A DNA stretch of 63,908 nucleotides, the filler included, from Octopus bimaculoides (lineage: Eukaryota): the NCBI RefSeq assembly GCF_001194135.2. It is 6 parts of 5 records of this genome, joined end to end, with 100 filler letters (N's around TTAATTAATTAA, not from the genome) between each part and the next. Parts side by side here need not be neighbours in the genome. Positions count along the whole stretch, not along the records: positions 38,034 to 42,030 come from NC_069000.1; positions 42,131 to 52,875 come from NC_068981.1; 4 more parts are not named here. One strand, given 5' to 3'. Below the pieces are notes generated by a model that was given only the letters and a program-made list of their open reading frames with translations, did no database searches and was not told the DNA's origin. Both the position numbers and the translations under genes were made by a program. Within the stretch, counting starts at the first letter, position 1, and the number at the start of each line of letters is the position of its first letter. This document shows positions 40,776 to 51,545 of this stretch, one piece after another.

Positions 40776-40837
40776 TTTTAAAATTCAAATAAGTTATCTA
40801 TAGAAATGATAAGGCGGCTAGTAAATATAATTCAAAA

Positions 40838-41228
40838 GGTGCAGGAGTGGCTGTGTGGTAAGTAGCTTGCTTACCAACCACATGGTTCCGGGTTCAGTCC
40901 CACTGCGTGATACCTTGAGCAAGTGTCTTCTACTATAGCCTCGGGCTGACCAAAGCCTTGTCTGTGGATTTGGTAGACGGAAACTGAAAGAAGCCCGTCA
41001 TATATATGTATGTGTGTGTATATGTTTCTATGTCTGTGTTTGTCCCCCCAACATCACTTGACAACCGATGCTGGTGTGTTTACATCCCTGTAACCTAGAG
41101 GTTTGGCAAAAGTGACCGATAGAATAAGTACTAGGCTTTCAAAGAATAAGTCCTGGGGTCGATTTGCTCGACTAAAGGCAGTGCTCCAGCATGGCCACAG
41201 TCAAATGACTGAAACAAGTAAAAGAGTA
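40838..41228 (+). mobile_element. SINE family 1, full length
   Basis: Same head and tail as 11218-11580. Confidence 0.88.
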
Positions 41229-42030
41229 AAATATATAATGAAAAGTCAGGGTGCAATATCTACCTGTTTGCTTGAAAGGTACATATGTTCTTATTTGTAT
41301 TATACTAAATGTATCTTACAAGTGGGATGACTATATATATATATATTTATTTATATATGTGTGTGTGTGTGAGAAAGTTGGTATGTGAAAGCACGTGGTT
41401 GGATGTATAAAAGATAATAAGAGTGAAAAAACTACAGAAGGCTTGTGTTATATGGTTAAAGTATATATTTAAATTATGTCAGAAAAATGTTATAAAATTT
41501 TTTTGGTATATAAACATTGTATTTTGGAGAAATAACCGGTTTCGTGTTGTCTTTTCAAATTTCTCTACTTCATTGTAACATGTGTTCATTCCAGTGTACA
41601 AAAAAGAGTTCTATATAGGGGGAGGTAATTAGGGATTTCTTCCAGTATAAGGGAGGTAATCGATAAGAAACACACCACATGCTAGTCACTACTACCCTAT
41701 GACCCAAAATTATTGGTCCCCACAGAACCCAAGAACAACACAAAATAACACTAGATCAAGAAACATCCCACATACTAGAAATTCGAAACAAAAATATATC
41801 ACATACAGAAATGTTACACACATCACTAACCAAAACACCCACAGACACCCACACACACATAACAATCTGAGGCAACAATACTACCATTCCCCCGAACCAA
41901 TCCCGTACAACCTCACAGACAGCTCATGCAAACAAAATTACAAACAACATTTTTTAGCCCCAGACCAGATACACCAGGACACAGGCTGGAATCTAGTAAT
42001 CAGGAAAAACCGAAGATAATCAATCTCTCA

Positions 42031-42130
42031 NNNNNNNNNNNNNNNNNNNNNNNNNNNNNNNNNNNNNNNNNNNNTTAATTAATTAANNNNNNNNNNNNNN
42101 NNNNNNNNNNNNNNNNNNNNNNNNNNNNNN
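42031..42130. other. Assembly linker (44 N + TTAATTAATTAA + 44 N)
   Basis: Same construct as 11104-11203. Confidence 0.95.
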
Positions 42131-43748
42131 ATATATATATATATATATATAAAACAAATAATAAATGAGTATATGCATACCTACGTCTACCTGTATATAT
42201 AGGTGCATATCTGGGTACAGGACATTGCAAACAAAGCGTAGACAAGAAAATAATAATAACCAGAGTACAGAAAACACACAAGCCACATAGAGAACATTTT
42301 CCTTCATCAGCTACCACCATTTTAACACCGGCGTTTCGAAAAGTTGGGCAGGACGCATCGTTAAAATGGCTCTTCCCATGGACCGCAAATTAAATTTGTA
42401 TACACAAATTAAACCTGTGCCATGGAGGAATGTAGTGGCGGACAAAAAACAAGATAGAAAAATAAACGGAAAAGGCTAAGCGGCCAGACTTGAAAAATTA
42501 TGTGTATATGAACGCTGTGAGGCACGAACTGAAAGGCGGGACGAAGTAAGTTCGTGTGTTTGTTCGGCGGTAGCCAAGGAAGAAAAGGATTAGTGACCGG
42601 AAGCATGTGAACAATTTTAATAATGCAATATAATTTTTAACGGCGGTGCATCAGCATGGCCGCAGCTCTGAGCTGAAACTATTGAAAATATATATATATA
42701 TATATATGTATATATTTATGTGTATGTGTTTGTGTCTGAGTTGGTCCGCCCCCTCCCCATCAGTTAACAACTGATGTTCGCGCGTTTACGTCCCCGTAAC
42801 TTAGTGGTTCGGCAAAATTGTCCGATAGAATAAGTAATAGGCTTACGAAGAATAAGTCCTGGGGTCGATTTCTTTGACTAAACCCTTTAAGGTGGTGCTC
42901 CAGCTGAGGCCGCAGTCAAATGATTGAAACAAGTAAAAGAATAACTGAATATATGTATATATATATATATANNNNNNNNNNNNNNNNNNNNNNNNNNNNN
43001 NNNNNNNNNNNNNNNNNNNNNNNNNNNNNNNNNNNNNNNNNNNNNNNNNNNNNNNNNNNNNNNNNNNNNNNNNNNNNNNNNNNNNNNNNNNNNNNNNNNN
43101 NNNNNNNNNNNNNNNNNNNNNNNNNNNNNNNNNNNNNNNNNNNNNNNNNNNNNNNNNNNNNNNNNNNNNNNNNNNNNNNNNNNNNNNNNNNNNNNNNNNN
43201 NNNNNNNNNNNNNNNNNNNNNNNNNNNNNNNNNNNNNNNNNNNNNNNNNNNNNNNNNNNNNNNNNNNNNNNNNNNNNNNNNNNNNNNNNNNNNNNNNNNN
43301 NNNNNNNNNNNNNNNNNNNNNNNNNNNNNNNNNNNNNNNNNNNNNNNNNNNNNNNNNNNNNNNNNNNNNNNNNNNNNNNNNNNNNNNNNNNNNNNNNNNN
43401 NNNNNNNNNNNNNNNNNNNNNNNNNNNNNNNNNNNNNNNNNNNNNNNNNNNNNNNNNNNNNNNNNNNNNNNNNNNNNNNNNNNNNNNNNNNNNNNNNNNN
43501 NNNNNNNNNNNNNNNNNNNNNNNNNNNNNNNNNNNNNNNNNNNNNNNNNNNNNNNNNNNNNNNNNNNNNNNNNNNNNNNNNNNNNNNNNNNNNNNNNNNN
43601 NNNNNNNNNNNNNNNNNNNNNNNNNNNNNNNNNNNNNNNNNNNNNNNNNNNNNNNNNNNNNNNNNNNNNNNNNNNNNNNNNNNNNNNNNNNNNNNNNNNN
43701 NNNNNNNNNNNNNNNNNNNNNNNNNNNNNNNNNNNNNNNNNNNNNNNN

Positions 43749-43803
<55 letters not shown>

Positions 43804-44482
43804 AAGAGAGACAGAGTAAGTGAGAGGGAGAAAGAAATACGTATATAAAACGCACATACACATGAATATATGAACAAATATATTTATATACATATGTACA
43901 CATACATGTGTATATGCATTATATTAGCGCGCGCGCGTGTGTGTGTCTACGTCTATGTCTCTGATTGTGTGTATGCATTTGTTTCGATCTCGGTGCATTC
44001 GTGAATGCCTGGGCAATTGTATAAAAGAAAATGTCTACACAAAAAATAATAATACTCGTCCATAAATTCACACCTATATATTCACTCATAAACTTGTGTG
44101 CGGGGGTGTGTGAGGCAATTTTTTTCGTTTGAAATGTAACCAAGTGGAACTAGTTTATGAGGTCATTTAAGATATCCAATTATTGTTATTATTTTTGTGG
44201 TTTGCGGAGAATGTTAGCCTTCGGTGAGCATAACATGTGTGCAGTTTTGACTTTGTTGGATAAATTTCAGTTGACTAATAAATGGATCTTCGTCGGTTTT
44301 CGACGACTAGTATTCAGCTGTTCGGTCAACTGAACCAGTTCATTAATTTAACGTGCAAGTCGTTGAGTATTACACCAATACATGTATCCTTTACGCAAAA
44401 TGGCAATCTGTGTACCATACTTAAAGCAGATACATCATTGAAAGCCGTCTAAACTGCAGTATTCGTTCCGAGAAAGTATTTC

Positions 44483-44874
44483 GGCGATCTTACGGTACGA
44501 GTCCTAAATATCAGCCTTTTCCGTAAAAAGTGTCTTCGGCGATCTTTACCAAAGATCGCCCTATTCCGTAACACCCGCACGATCTTCACTACGGTATTAG
44601 GGTTAGGGTTTTAGTGTCAGGGTTAGGGTTAGTGTTTAGGGTTAGGGTTAGGGACGGAATTCCCTAACCCTAACCCTTAGGGAATTCCGTCCCTAACCCT
44701 AACCGTAAACCCTTCAAAAGAAATCGCGCTCTCTGTATCTCTTTCGCTTTTATGACGTTGTTTCCCTGTTTCTCTGCAACACTTTTTACAGAAAAGGCCG
44801 ATCTTTGGTAAAGATCGCCGAAGACACTTTTTACGGAAAAGGCCGATATTTAGGACTCGTACCGTAAGATCGCC
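44483..44874. mobile_element. Merlin-like MITE with about 75-bp TIRs, 8-bp TSD (agtatttc) and internal TTAGGG/CCCTAA repeats
   Basis: TIR ggcgatcttacggtacgagtcc... / ...ggactcgtaccgtaagatcgcc. TSD at 44475-44482 and 44875-44882. GGNRM termini with an 8-bp TSD fit Merlin. Confidence 0.8.
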
Positions 44875-44987
44875 AGTATTTCTTATAGTATTAAAAAACA
44901 CAGAAATATTATCAGTAGCAGAGGAAAATCGACCAACAGAGATGGTTTACTGTTTTATTGTGTCAGTGGTGGCTGATTTTGTCTTAG

Positions 44988-45043
44988 CATAGAAATGCCA
45001 ATGGATATTTGTTACTTGACGAAGCGAAAAGAGGCAGAAAGAC
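44988..45043 (+). CDS. Candidate exon of a small unidentified protein
   Basis: gattttgtcttag| ... AC|gtatga; phase 2 to 1; encodes IEMPMDICYLTKRKEAER. Confidence 0.4.
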
Positions 45044-45237
45044 GTATGATTATCATCTACTTCTGATATATTTATGTTCTTCTTTCATACTATACATCCA
45101 TAAGAGATGTTTCTTTGAGACGAATACCGCTGTAGATGTTTCTGCTTTAAGTATGATACACAGATAGCTGTTTTGAACTAAACTACTTCTGTCACTAATA
45201 ATGATTGTGTGTGTGTGTATGTGTGTATATATATATA

Positions 45238-45449
45238 CAGGGTGTCCACAAAGTCTGGGTGCATGAGAATTAACACATACTTTAAGAAATTATTATTTCT
45301 TATATTTAATTGGTTATGTTATGATTTCATTTACTCCATGTACCCGCATGGGCATTAACACCTACTTTAAGAAATTATTATTTCTTATATTTAATTGTTT
45401 ATGTTATGATTTTATTTACTCCAGGTGCCCAGACTTTGTGGACACCCTG
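45238..45449. mobile_element. Tc1/mariner-type MITE with TA TSD and an internal 85-bp tandem duplication
   Basis: Perfect TIR cagggtgtccacaaagtctggg / cccagactttgtggacaccctg flanked by TA. Confidence 0.9.
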
Positions 45450-45457
45450 TATATATA

Positions 45458-45663
45458 ATCAAAATAAGCAACAGGATATCCAGAGGTAATACAATACGAT
45501 CGTTTCAAGCAACTCCATTTAATTGAACAATGCAACCATTACATCAATTTAAATGCAGAGCAATCCTCAGCTGCATTTAAATTGATGTAATGGTTGCATT
45601 GTTCAATTAAATGGAGTTACTTGAACTGCATTACCCCTGAATGTCCTGTTGCTTATTTTGATT
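45458..45663. repeat. Fold-back palindrome with a 48-bp perfect stem and a 12-nt loop
   Basis: 45511-45558 is the exact reverse complement of 45571-45618. The outer arms pair imperfectly out to aatcaaaataagcaacagga / tcctgttgcttattttgatt. Confidence 0.92.
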
Positions 45664-46926
45664 TTAATCACCTTATTTTAAAATTGCATGGATAATACTG
45701 TACTAAATTCTGGTGCCTAAACTTAGGTACCTAATTCATCTGAATATANNNNNNNNNNATATATATATATATATATATATATGACGACCTTCTTCCAGTT
45801 TCCGTCAACCACATCTACTCACAATGCTTTGGTCGGCCCGAGGTATAGTAGAAGACACTTGCCCAGGGTGCCACGCAGTGGGACTGAACCCGGAACGATG
45901 TGGTTAGGAAGCAAGCTTTTTACCACCTGGCCACGCCTATGCAAAAAAAGATAGAGTTCCTTCACGAGTTATATAGGCTGATAAGGTCGGTTTCCCGGTT
46001 TCTGAGGCATATATATTCCCCAGTAGACGGGAGGATGGTCCGTCGCAGGAACACTCATTTTTGTCAGCTTAGTAGACTGGAGCAACATGAAAAGAAGTTC
46101 AAGAATATAATGCATCACCCTGTCCAGGAATCGAAACCACAGTCTTACAGTCATGAGTCCAACGCCCTAACCACTAAGCCCCCACTACATCTACATAAGA
46201 TACTACTTTTATTTTTGACATTGTTTTGATCAGTCAGTTAATTCATCCTGAGCATTTTTATCCATCGAATGGCAGTTCTCATGGCTGAGTGGGTAAGACG
46301 TTCGCTGTAATAATCATGCGGTCTTGGTTTCGATTACGCTGCATGGCAAGTGCAATTTTCTATAGAGTCAATAAGAAGCACACCTTGTGAGTAAAAATGG
46401 CTAGTCAGAAACAGAGTGAAAATCCGTCGAATGGTTTGTACCTATAAATTTAAAGGTCAGTTGCGTATTCTTTTTTACGTTCTCCTGTTGACAGCTTTCA
46501 GCTCCTGCAACCATAATATCTTAATAAACATGCAGCTCGTGGTCTTCCTCGTTTTCTCCTTCCTCTTATCAATCACATTACTGCTTTTTGCATAATGATT
46601 TAACTGCAGATTGTTGTAGCCAGTCAGTTGTATTGTTTATTCTGTCATTATTTATGCCTTGGAATCTTCGCGGCGGTACTCTTCGTAAAATTCCTTTGTT
46701 TCCGATATATTGATGGCACAAAAATCTCGGGTGAAAAGCAGCCAATGTTTTGATGGTTTTCTTAGTATTTTTTCCATGTTACACTTCCATTTAGTGCCGC
46801 TGGTATTGTATATGTACATGATATTTTATATGTATATCTCGATATTTGTGTCTAGTGTATTCTAATATGTCACAAAAGAGAAAATGAGAAAACAAGTGGT
46901 GTTTGTAAGTATTTAAAGAATTTCAG

Positions 46927-47002
46927 TTGCTCATCGTCAAACGAAGGAAAATGACTTCAACTACCGAAACAGCATTGCTGAAAGCCATGTCCTGGCAAAC
47001 TG
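46927..47002 (+). CDS. Candidate exon of a small unidentified protein
   Basis: gaatttcag| ... TG|gtgaga; phase 1 to 2; encodes (L)AHRQTKENDFNYRNSIAESHVLAN; phase-compatible with 44988-45043. Confidence 0.5.
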
Positions 47003-47392
47003 GTGAGACAGCTTTTACTCCCCTGTCACTCGACGTGCTAGAAATACCGGCTACGTTCTCCTCAAACCATATCCTACCGTCTGCATTCGTTCCGAGTGCA
47101 CTGTGCCTGAGAAAAACAGGATGATCTCGACTGGAATGCAGTTGATCAAACCTACATGTTCTATCAAGCAAAACATGGAACTTAAAGAACTGCATCAGTT
47201 ATTTCGATTCCTTACCTCATCTGTACGAAACTTGTTAGATTTGATTCACAAAAGGTTTTTCAAAGAACATTAACGGCATATAATTTCAACTGGTAAACTA
47301 AAACGTGATATATCAATACAAGAGCATAACACTGTATTTCACTACGCTCATTGCATCTTATCACCGATATTCTTTCATATCATCTCTTTCAG

Positions 47393-47462
47393 CTCAACTC
47401 CAGGAACGAAGGAACTTGCAGTAGATCATATTCTTAATATGATTAAAAACAAACTTTCCTAA
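47393..47462 (+). CDS. Candidate terminal coding exon of a small unidentified protein
   Basis: Strong acceptor ttctttcatatcatctctttcag|; phase 2; encodes (C)STPGTKELAVDHILNMIKNKLS*. Confidence 0.5.
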
Positions 47463-47909
47463 TATAATTACAGCTCTTTCATTATCTTCCTGTTGGGATT
47501 ATATTTTATATTCTCTACAACTAGTGTACTCTGGACTACACCGCATAATTGTCTCCTTGTGTTTTTTGGGGACTGGCAGTATCCATGATTCTCACAGGCC
47601 ATCCGACAGACGAGTGAGATGAATGTGGTTTATGTTCATCTTACAGATATTACAAACATATGAAAACCAATATCTGCAGGAGAGGGAGAATTTCTGAGAG
47701 TTGACAGTCTGTGAAGAAAGAATCGAGTGAGTTATAGAATGGGCATCGAGAGGAGAGACGGGCTTTAATGAAGGTGGTAGGAAAAGAAACTAGGCGTAGG
47801 AACAGGGCGTTATACTGCCGAGAGTAAGAGAGGACGAGAAGAGAGAGAGAGGGGACGAGAGAAGAGAGAGGGAGAGAGAAAGGGGAAATAGAATGTTTTG
47901 GGGTTAGAG

Positions 47910-48275
47910 CAGAGGTTCTCAACCATTTTTAAAATTTATGGACCCCTTTGATTATTATTTTATTCTGGTGGATCCCCACAGACACTCGATGTTTTTTAAA
48001 CTAGTTTTATAGAAACTTCTTTCAAAATTCCTCTTTTGTTTTACACACATTTAACTCATGTAGGTTAAACTGTAAAATGTTTGAGAAATAAACCTTGCTG
48101 CTTCTTGCAATACATACCAATACATACATCAAAAGCAAATTTTTACCAGGGGCCCTTAAAATATTACTTGTGGATCGTGGATTCCCAATTTACTATTTTG
48201 TTGCGTGGACCCCACAAAGTCTCATATGGGTCTTAAGGGGTCTGCGGTCTCTCCGGATAATAAGGCGACAAGCTG
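47910..48275. mobile_element. hAT-like MITE, right end decayed
   Basis: Left terminus cagaggttctcaacc is typical of hAT MITEs, with internal atggacccc/gtggacccc motifs. No TSD was found. Confidence 0.5.
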
Positions 48276-49469
48276 TAGCTCGTTTAGTTTAGGCCAAAAT
48301 CCAATACTGGGTTACCATAGCTATAATAGACAGAAGAAGTAAAAAGTTTAACAATATTAAAAGAGTTACTGTAAACAAACAAGAGATAAGAAGAGAGAGA
48401 GATAGCTTGCTAGATAGACATATGTATGGATGGACGGATAGAGAGAGAGGAATGGATAGATAGATAGATAAAGACAGAGGAATGGATAGAAAGATATATA
48501 TATATATGTAAAGAGAGAGAGAGAGTTTGTTTCAAGTGACTGACAACTGACGAGTGTTTCTTTACGCGGGCAAAAGTGAACTTCAAAATATCTACCTAGA
48601 AAAGCCCATACTTGTTGCTCATGCGTGACCATAGTCCTTAATTAACTGTTTGTAATAGCTAAAGTTTTTATGAATACTATGAAAGGCATAAAATTGCATT
48701 TACCTTTTTTGTTTTAATTATATATTTTGTTACTTATAGATACGTTTTGTTTTTACATTTCATCATGGGCTAGTGAAGCGAAAATTTTTTGCAATAAAAG
48801 TGTATGTGTGCATGTGAATGTGGTGTATGTAAATGTATATGTGCGAATGTGGACCTGTGTGTGTGAGTACATATGCGCGCGTTTGTATATGCGTATCCGT
48901 GCTACTTCTCGTATCAAGCAGTCGAGTTGCCGTCGGCGCACTTTTATTTTCTCTTCTCTCTCACTCTATAATTTGAACTGCTACTAAGCGAGTACAACTT
49001 ATATCTATCACTACGTGATGTCTATATATACACATATGCATTCATACTTATCTTGAATATTTACTACTGTTCGACATTTATATTTATATCTATATTAGAA
49101 GAAAGAAAAGAGAGAAGAAAGAGACAAATTTTCTTTAAACATTTCAGTATATGTATTTTTTAGTATATTTTGCATTGGAAAACAAAAATCTATCTTTCAT
49201 CACTGTGTAAACTTACCTTCATGCACTTCAACCGTACATTTTTATGCGAAAGTATACAAATTCTTCATACTTATTACTAGTTCTGTGAGGAGTTTTTATG
49301 CAAAAAAGAAGACGTAGTTATTGTTAGATATGAATATATATATTTACATGTATATATTTTCGTGAAACAAAATCATATCTTCGGTTTATTTTCATTCGAA
49401 AGTTTCATCGGATAATTTATTACTTTTTGTTTGGTTTTTGGGTTTTACTCATTTTGTAACACTGGAACT

Positions 49470-49541
49470 ATGCCGAGACGAATGCTTGATAACGATGAAG
49501 AAATTGCTCTTCAATCCGAAATTCGGCGAGAATTAGATCGG
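49470..49541 (+). CDS. Candidate first coding exon
   Basis: ATG to CGG|gtaaga, encoding MPRRMLDNDEEIALQSEIRRELDR. It sits in a CpG-retaining region with a GGGCGGGGGCGG box at about 49663. No certain downstream partner exon. Confidence 0.35.
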
Positions 49542-50244
49542 GTAAGACGAATTATTTATTCATTAATTTATTGCAGACACACTTTTGAAATACATGTATA
49601 TACCCTCGTATGTAGAGATTTACAGTTATAAACATAGATGCATGCAGGGTTAGTCGCACACCTTGGGCGGGGGCGGCGCTTGTGTGTTTATGTAAGTTTG
49701 TATATTCTTGGGAGAACCAAACATAAAAGCGGTGTCTCCTCCCGGTTCTTGATTCTCTTCCCTTTAGTAGCTAATGTTCGCGGAGAGAAGCATGAATGAT
49801 ACAGCCCCCCACCCAAGTTCCTTCCCTCAGTTTTATTTATTTGTGTTAGCAACCCTTTGACAGATTTCAAACAACCGACTCAATTGAAAAGAAAATGTAA
49901 AATGAAGAATGTTTGTTGATCTGTCGTAAACTTAAAAGTAACTTTTCAGGGAGCTTGAAGGGCATCGCTCGTATTAGTTTAGCTCCTGGTGGCGAACATT
50001 TCTTATATCTGAGGACAATCCTTGAATTAAATGAAATCTAAAGTTGCACCAAAGAAACATTTGTTATGTATACGGAAATAAAGTAATTACATTTATTGTG
50101 AAATGTTGTAATTATAAAAATAACAAAGTTTTAAAAATACTTTTGAGGAATCTAGGAACATTAGAATAAACATATGGACTTTCGAAACAGCTAAGTACAC
50201 TATATAATCAGCAATTTTTTAAATGCAGGATCTATACGTCTTAC

Positions 50245-50324
50245 CGAAGGCTACAGTATTGGACCCCGACGGCCACAGCAGGCTCGGGGTCCTTGGTTTT
50301 ATAGCATTTACTCGGACGCTGGAC
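50245..50324 (-). CDS. Candidate further exon of the minus-strand PDZ gene
   Basis: gctaattcttgcag| ... CG|gtaaga. The phase-0 frame VQRPSKCYKTKDPEPAVAVGVQYCSL(R) is compatible with the phase-0 end of 56461-56561, but the exon lies across a scaffold linker. Confidence 0.45.
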
Positions 50325-51006
50325 CTGCAAGAATTAGCAGCTAAATCTGTTTTAAAATGCAACCCCACCATCGTTAGCCTTTATTTTACCGATATCTTTT
50401 TTACCAACACACATTACTTCTGTAATTTTTCCCTACCAACCAATTCTAGCGATGACTATGCGTGCTTGTGTGTGTGATTTCTCGAACAATTGCTTCTGCT
50501 GTTCGATTTTACTGATTCTCTTACTTTCAAAGCTGTTGAGGAAGGGCGGAAGCCATAACCACCCATATCTGATTTCTCATGTTAACGTATCTATTTATTT
50601 ATGGAAAAACTTCCTCAGAGAAAAGAAAAATAAATAAATAAAAAAATTTATTGGCGGGTACAAAAGGAAGTCTTGCCCTTTTTATCTATCTATCGTCAAA
50701 TACTATACTTATTGATTATGATGTATAACTGGTCAAAATGTTACCGTTGGTCTCAAGTGAGTGTTGCACTTGGTAATATTGACGGATTTTCAGAAATGCT
50801 AACTTATTGACTAGTAAATGATGAGTTATGTATAGGCCTATATAATGCACAGAACGATGAAAACAAAGGACAAAACGAGACATGAATTCATAAAAATAAC
50901 AGAATAAGACGATAACAGAAATATAACAAGACAATATAAAAACAGGGAATGTAGATAAAACATGTTTGTGTATTGGTAAAATCGTTAGGGTGTTGGATAA
51001 AATACC

Positions 51007-51122
51007 GGCGGAGGTGAAGGATATGTACACCACCTGTTTTCGGCTTAACAAAACCCTAACCCTAATCACTAACTTTAAACCCTAACCCTAAACACCGGGT
51101 GTACATATTCTTTACTTTCTCC
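51007..51122. mobile_element. Small Merlin-like MITE with 8-bp TSD (aaaatacc) and internal CCCTAA repeats
   Basis: Imperfect TIR ggcggaggtgaaggatatgtacacc / ggtgtacatattctttactttctcc. TSD at 50999-51006 and 51123-51130. Confidence 0.75.
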
Positions 51123-51324
51123 AAAATACCATGCAGTTTTTGAGTCACTCCCCTTTACGTATTAAGTTAAAATCCTGCCGAAGTCGACTTAGTCTTTAAT
51201 CCTTCCGGGACGATAAAATAAAGTACTTCGTCAAGTATTGAAATCAATATAGTCGACTGTTATTTTACCGCAAAATTTTTGGCATTGTTCCCATGTAAGA
51301 AATCATTATTATTACGTGTCTAAC

Positions 51325-51545
51325 GGCGACGAACTGGTAGAATCGTTTGTGCGTCGAGCAAAATGCTTAGCGGCATATCTACTGGCTCTTTACATTCAGA
51401 GTTCAAATTCTGCCGTTTGTCTTTGCCTTTCATCTTTTCAGGGTTGATAAAATAAGTACCCATTGAGTACTGGGGTCGATGTAATCGATAGCTCCCCCTC
51501 TTCCCAAATTTCATGCACCCTGCCATGTGTAAAAAAAATTACTAT
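51325..51545 (+). mobile_element. SINE family 2, diverged
   Basis: Homologous to 36419-36633. Confidence 0.75.

Noticed and set aside
41525-41595. Minus-strand GAAACCGGUU palindromic stem III next to a possible PLE 5' remnant (41640-42030)
   Set aside because: CUGANGA is absent (CAAUGA) and stem I does not pair. The adjacent PLE assignment is also too weak to list.
42295-42385. Minus-strand CCAUUUU...GAAACGCCGGUGUUAAAAUGG plus a separate CUGAUGA
   Set aside because: The core between the stems reads CGAUGC, and the intact CUGAUGA has no GAAA partner. Both are decayed.
47078-47106. 29-nt minus-strand candidate exon (RHSALGTNADG) continuing the PDZ gene, or a longer 90-aa ORF
   Set aside because: The acceptor is good but the donor choice is ambiguous, and the long ORF may just be the antisense shadow of + exon 46927-47002.
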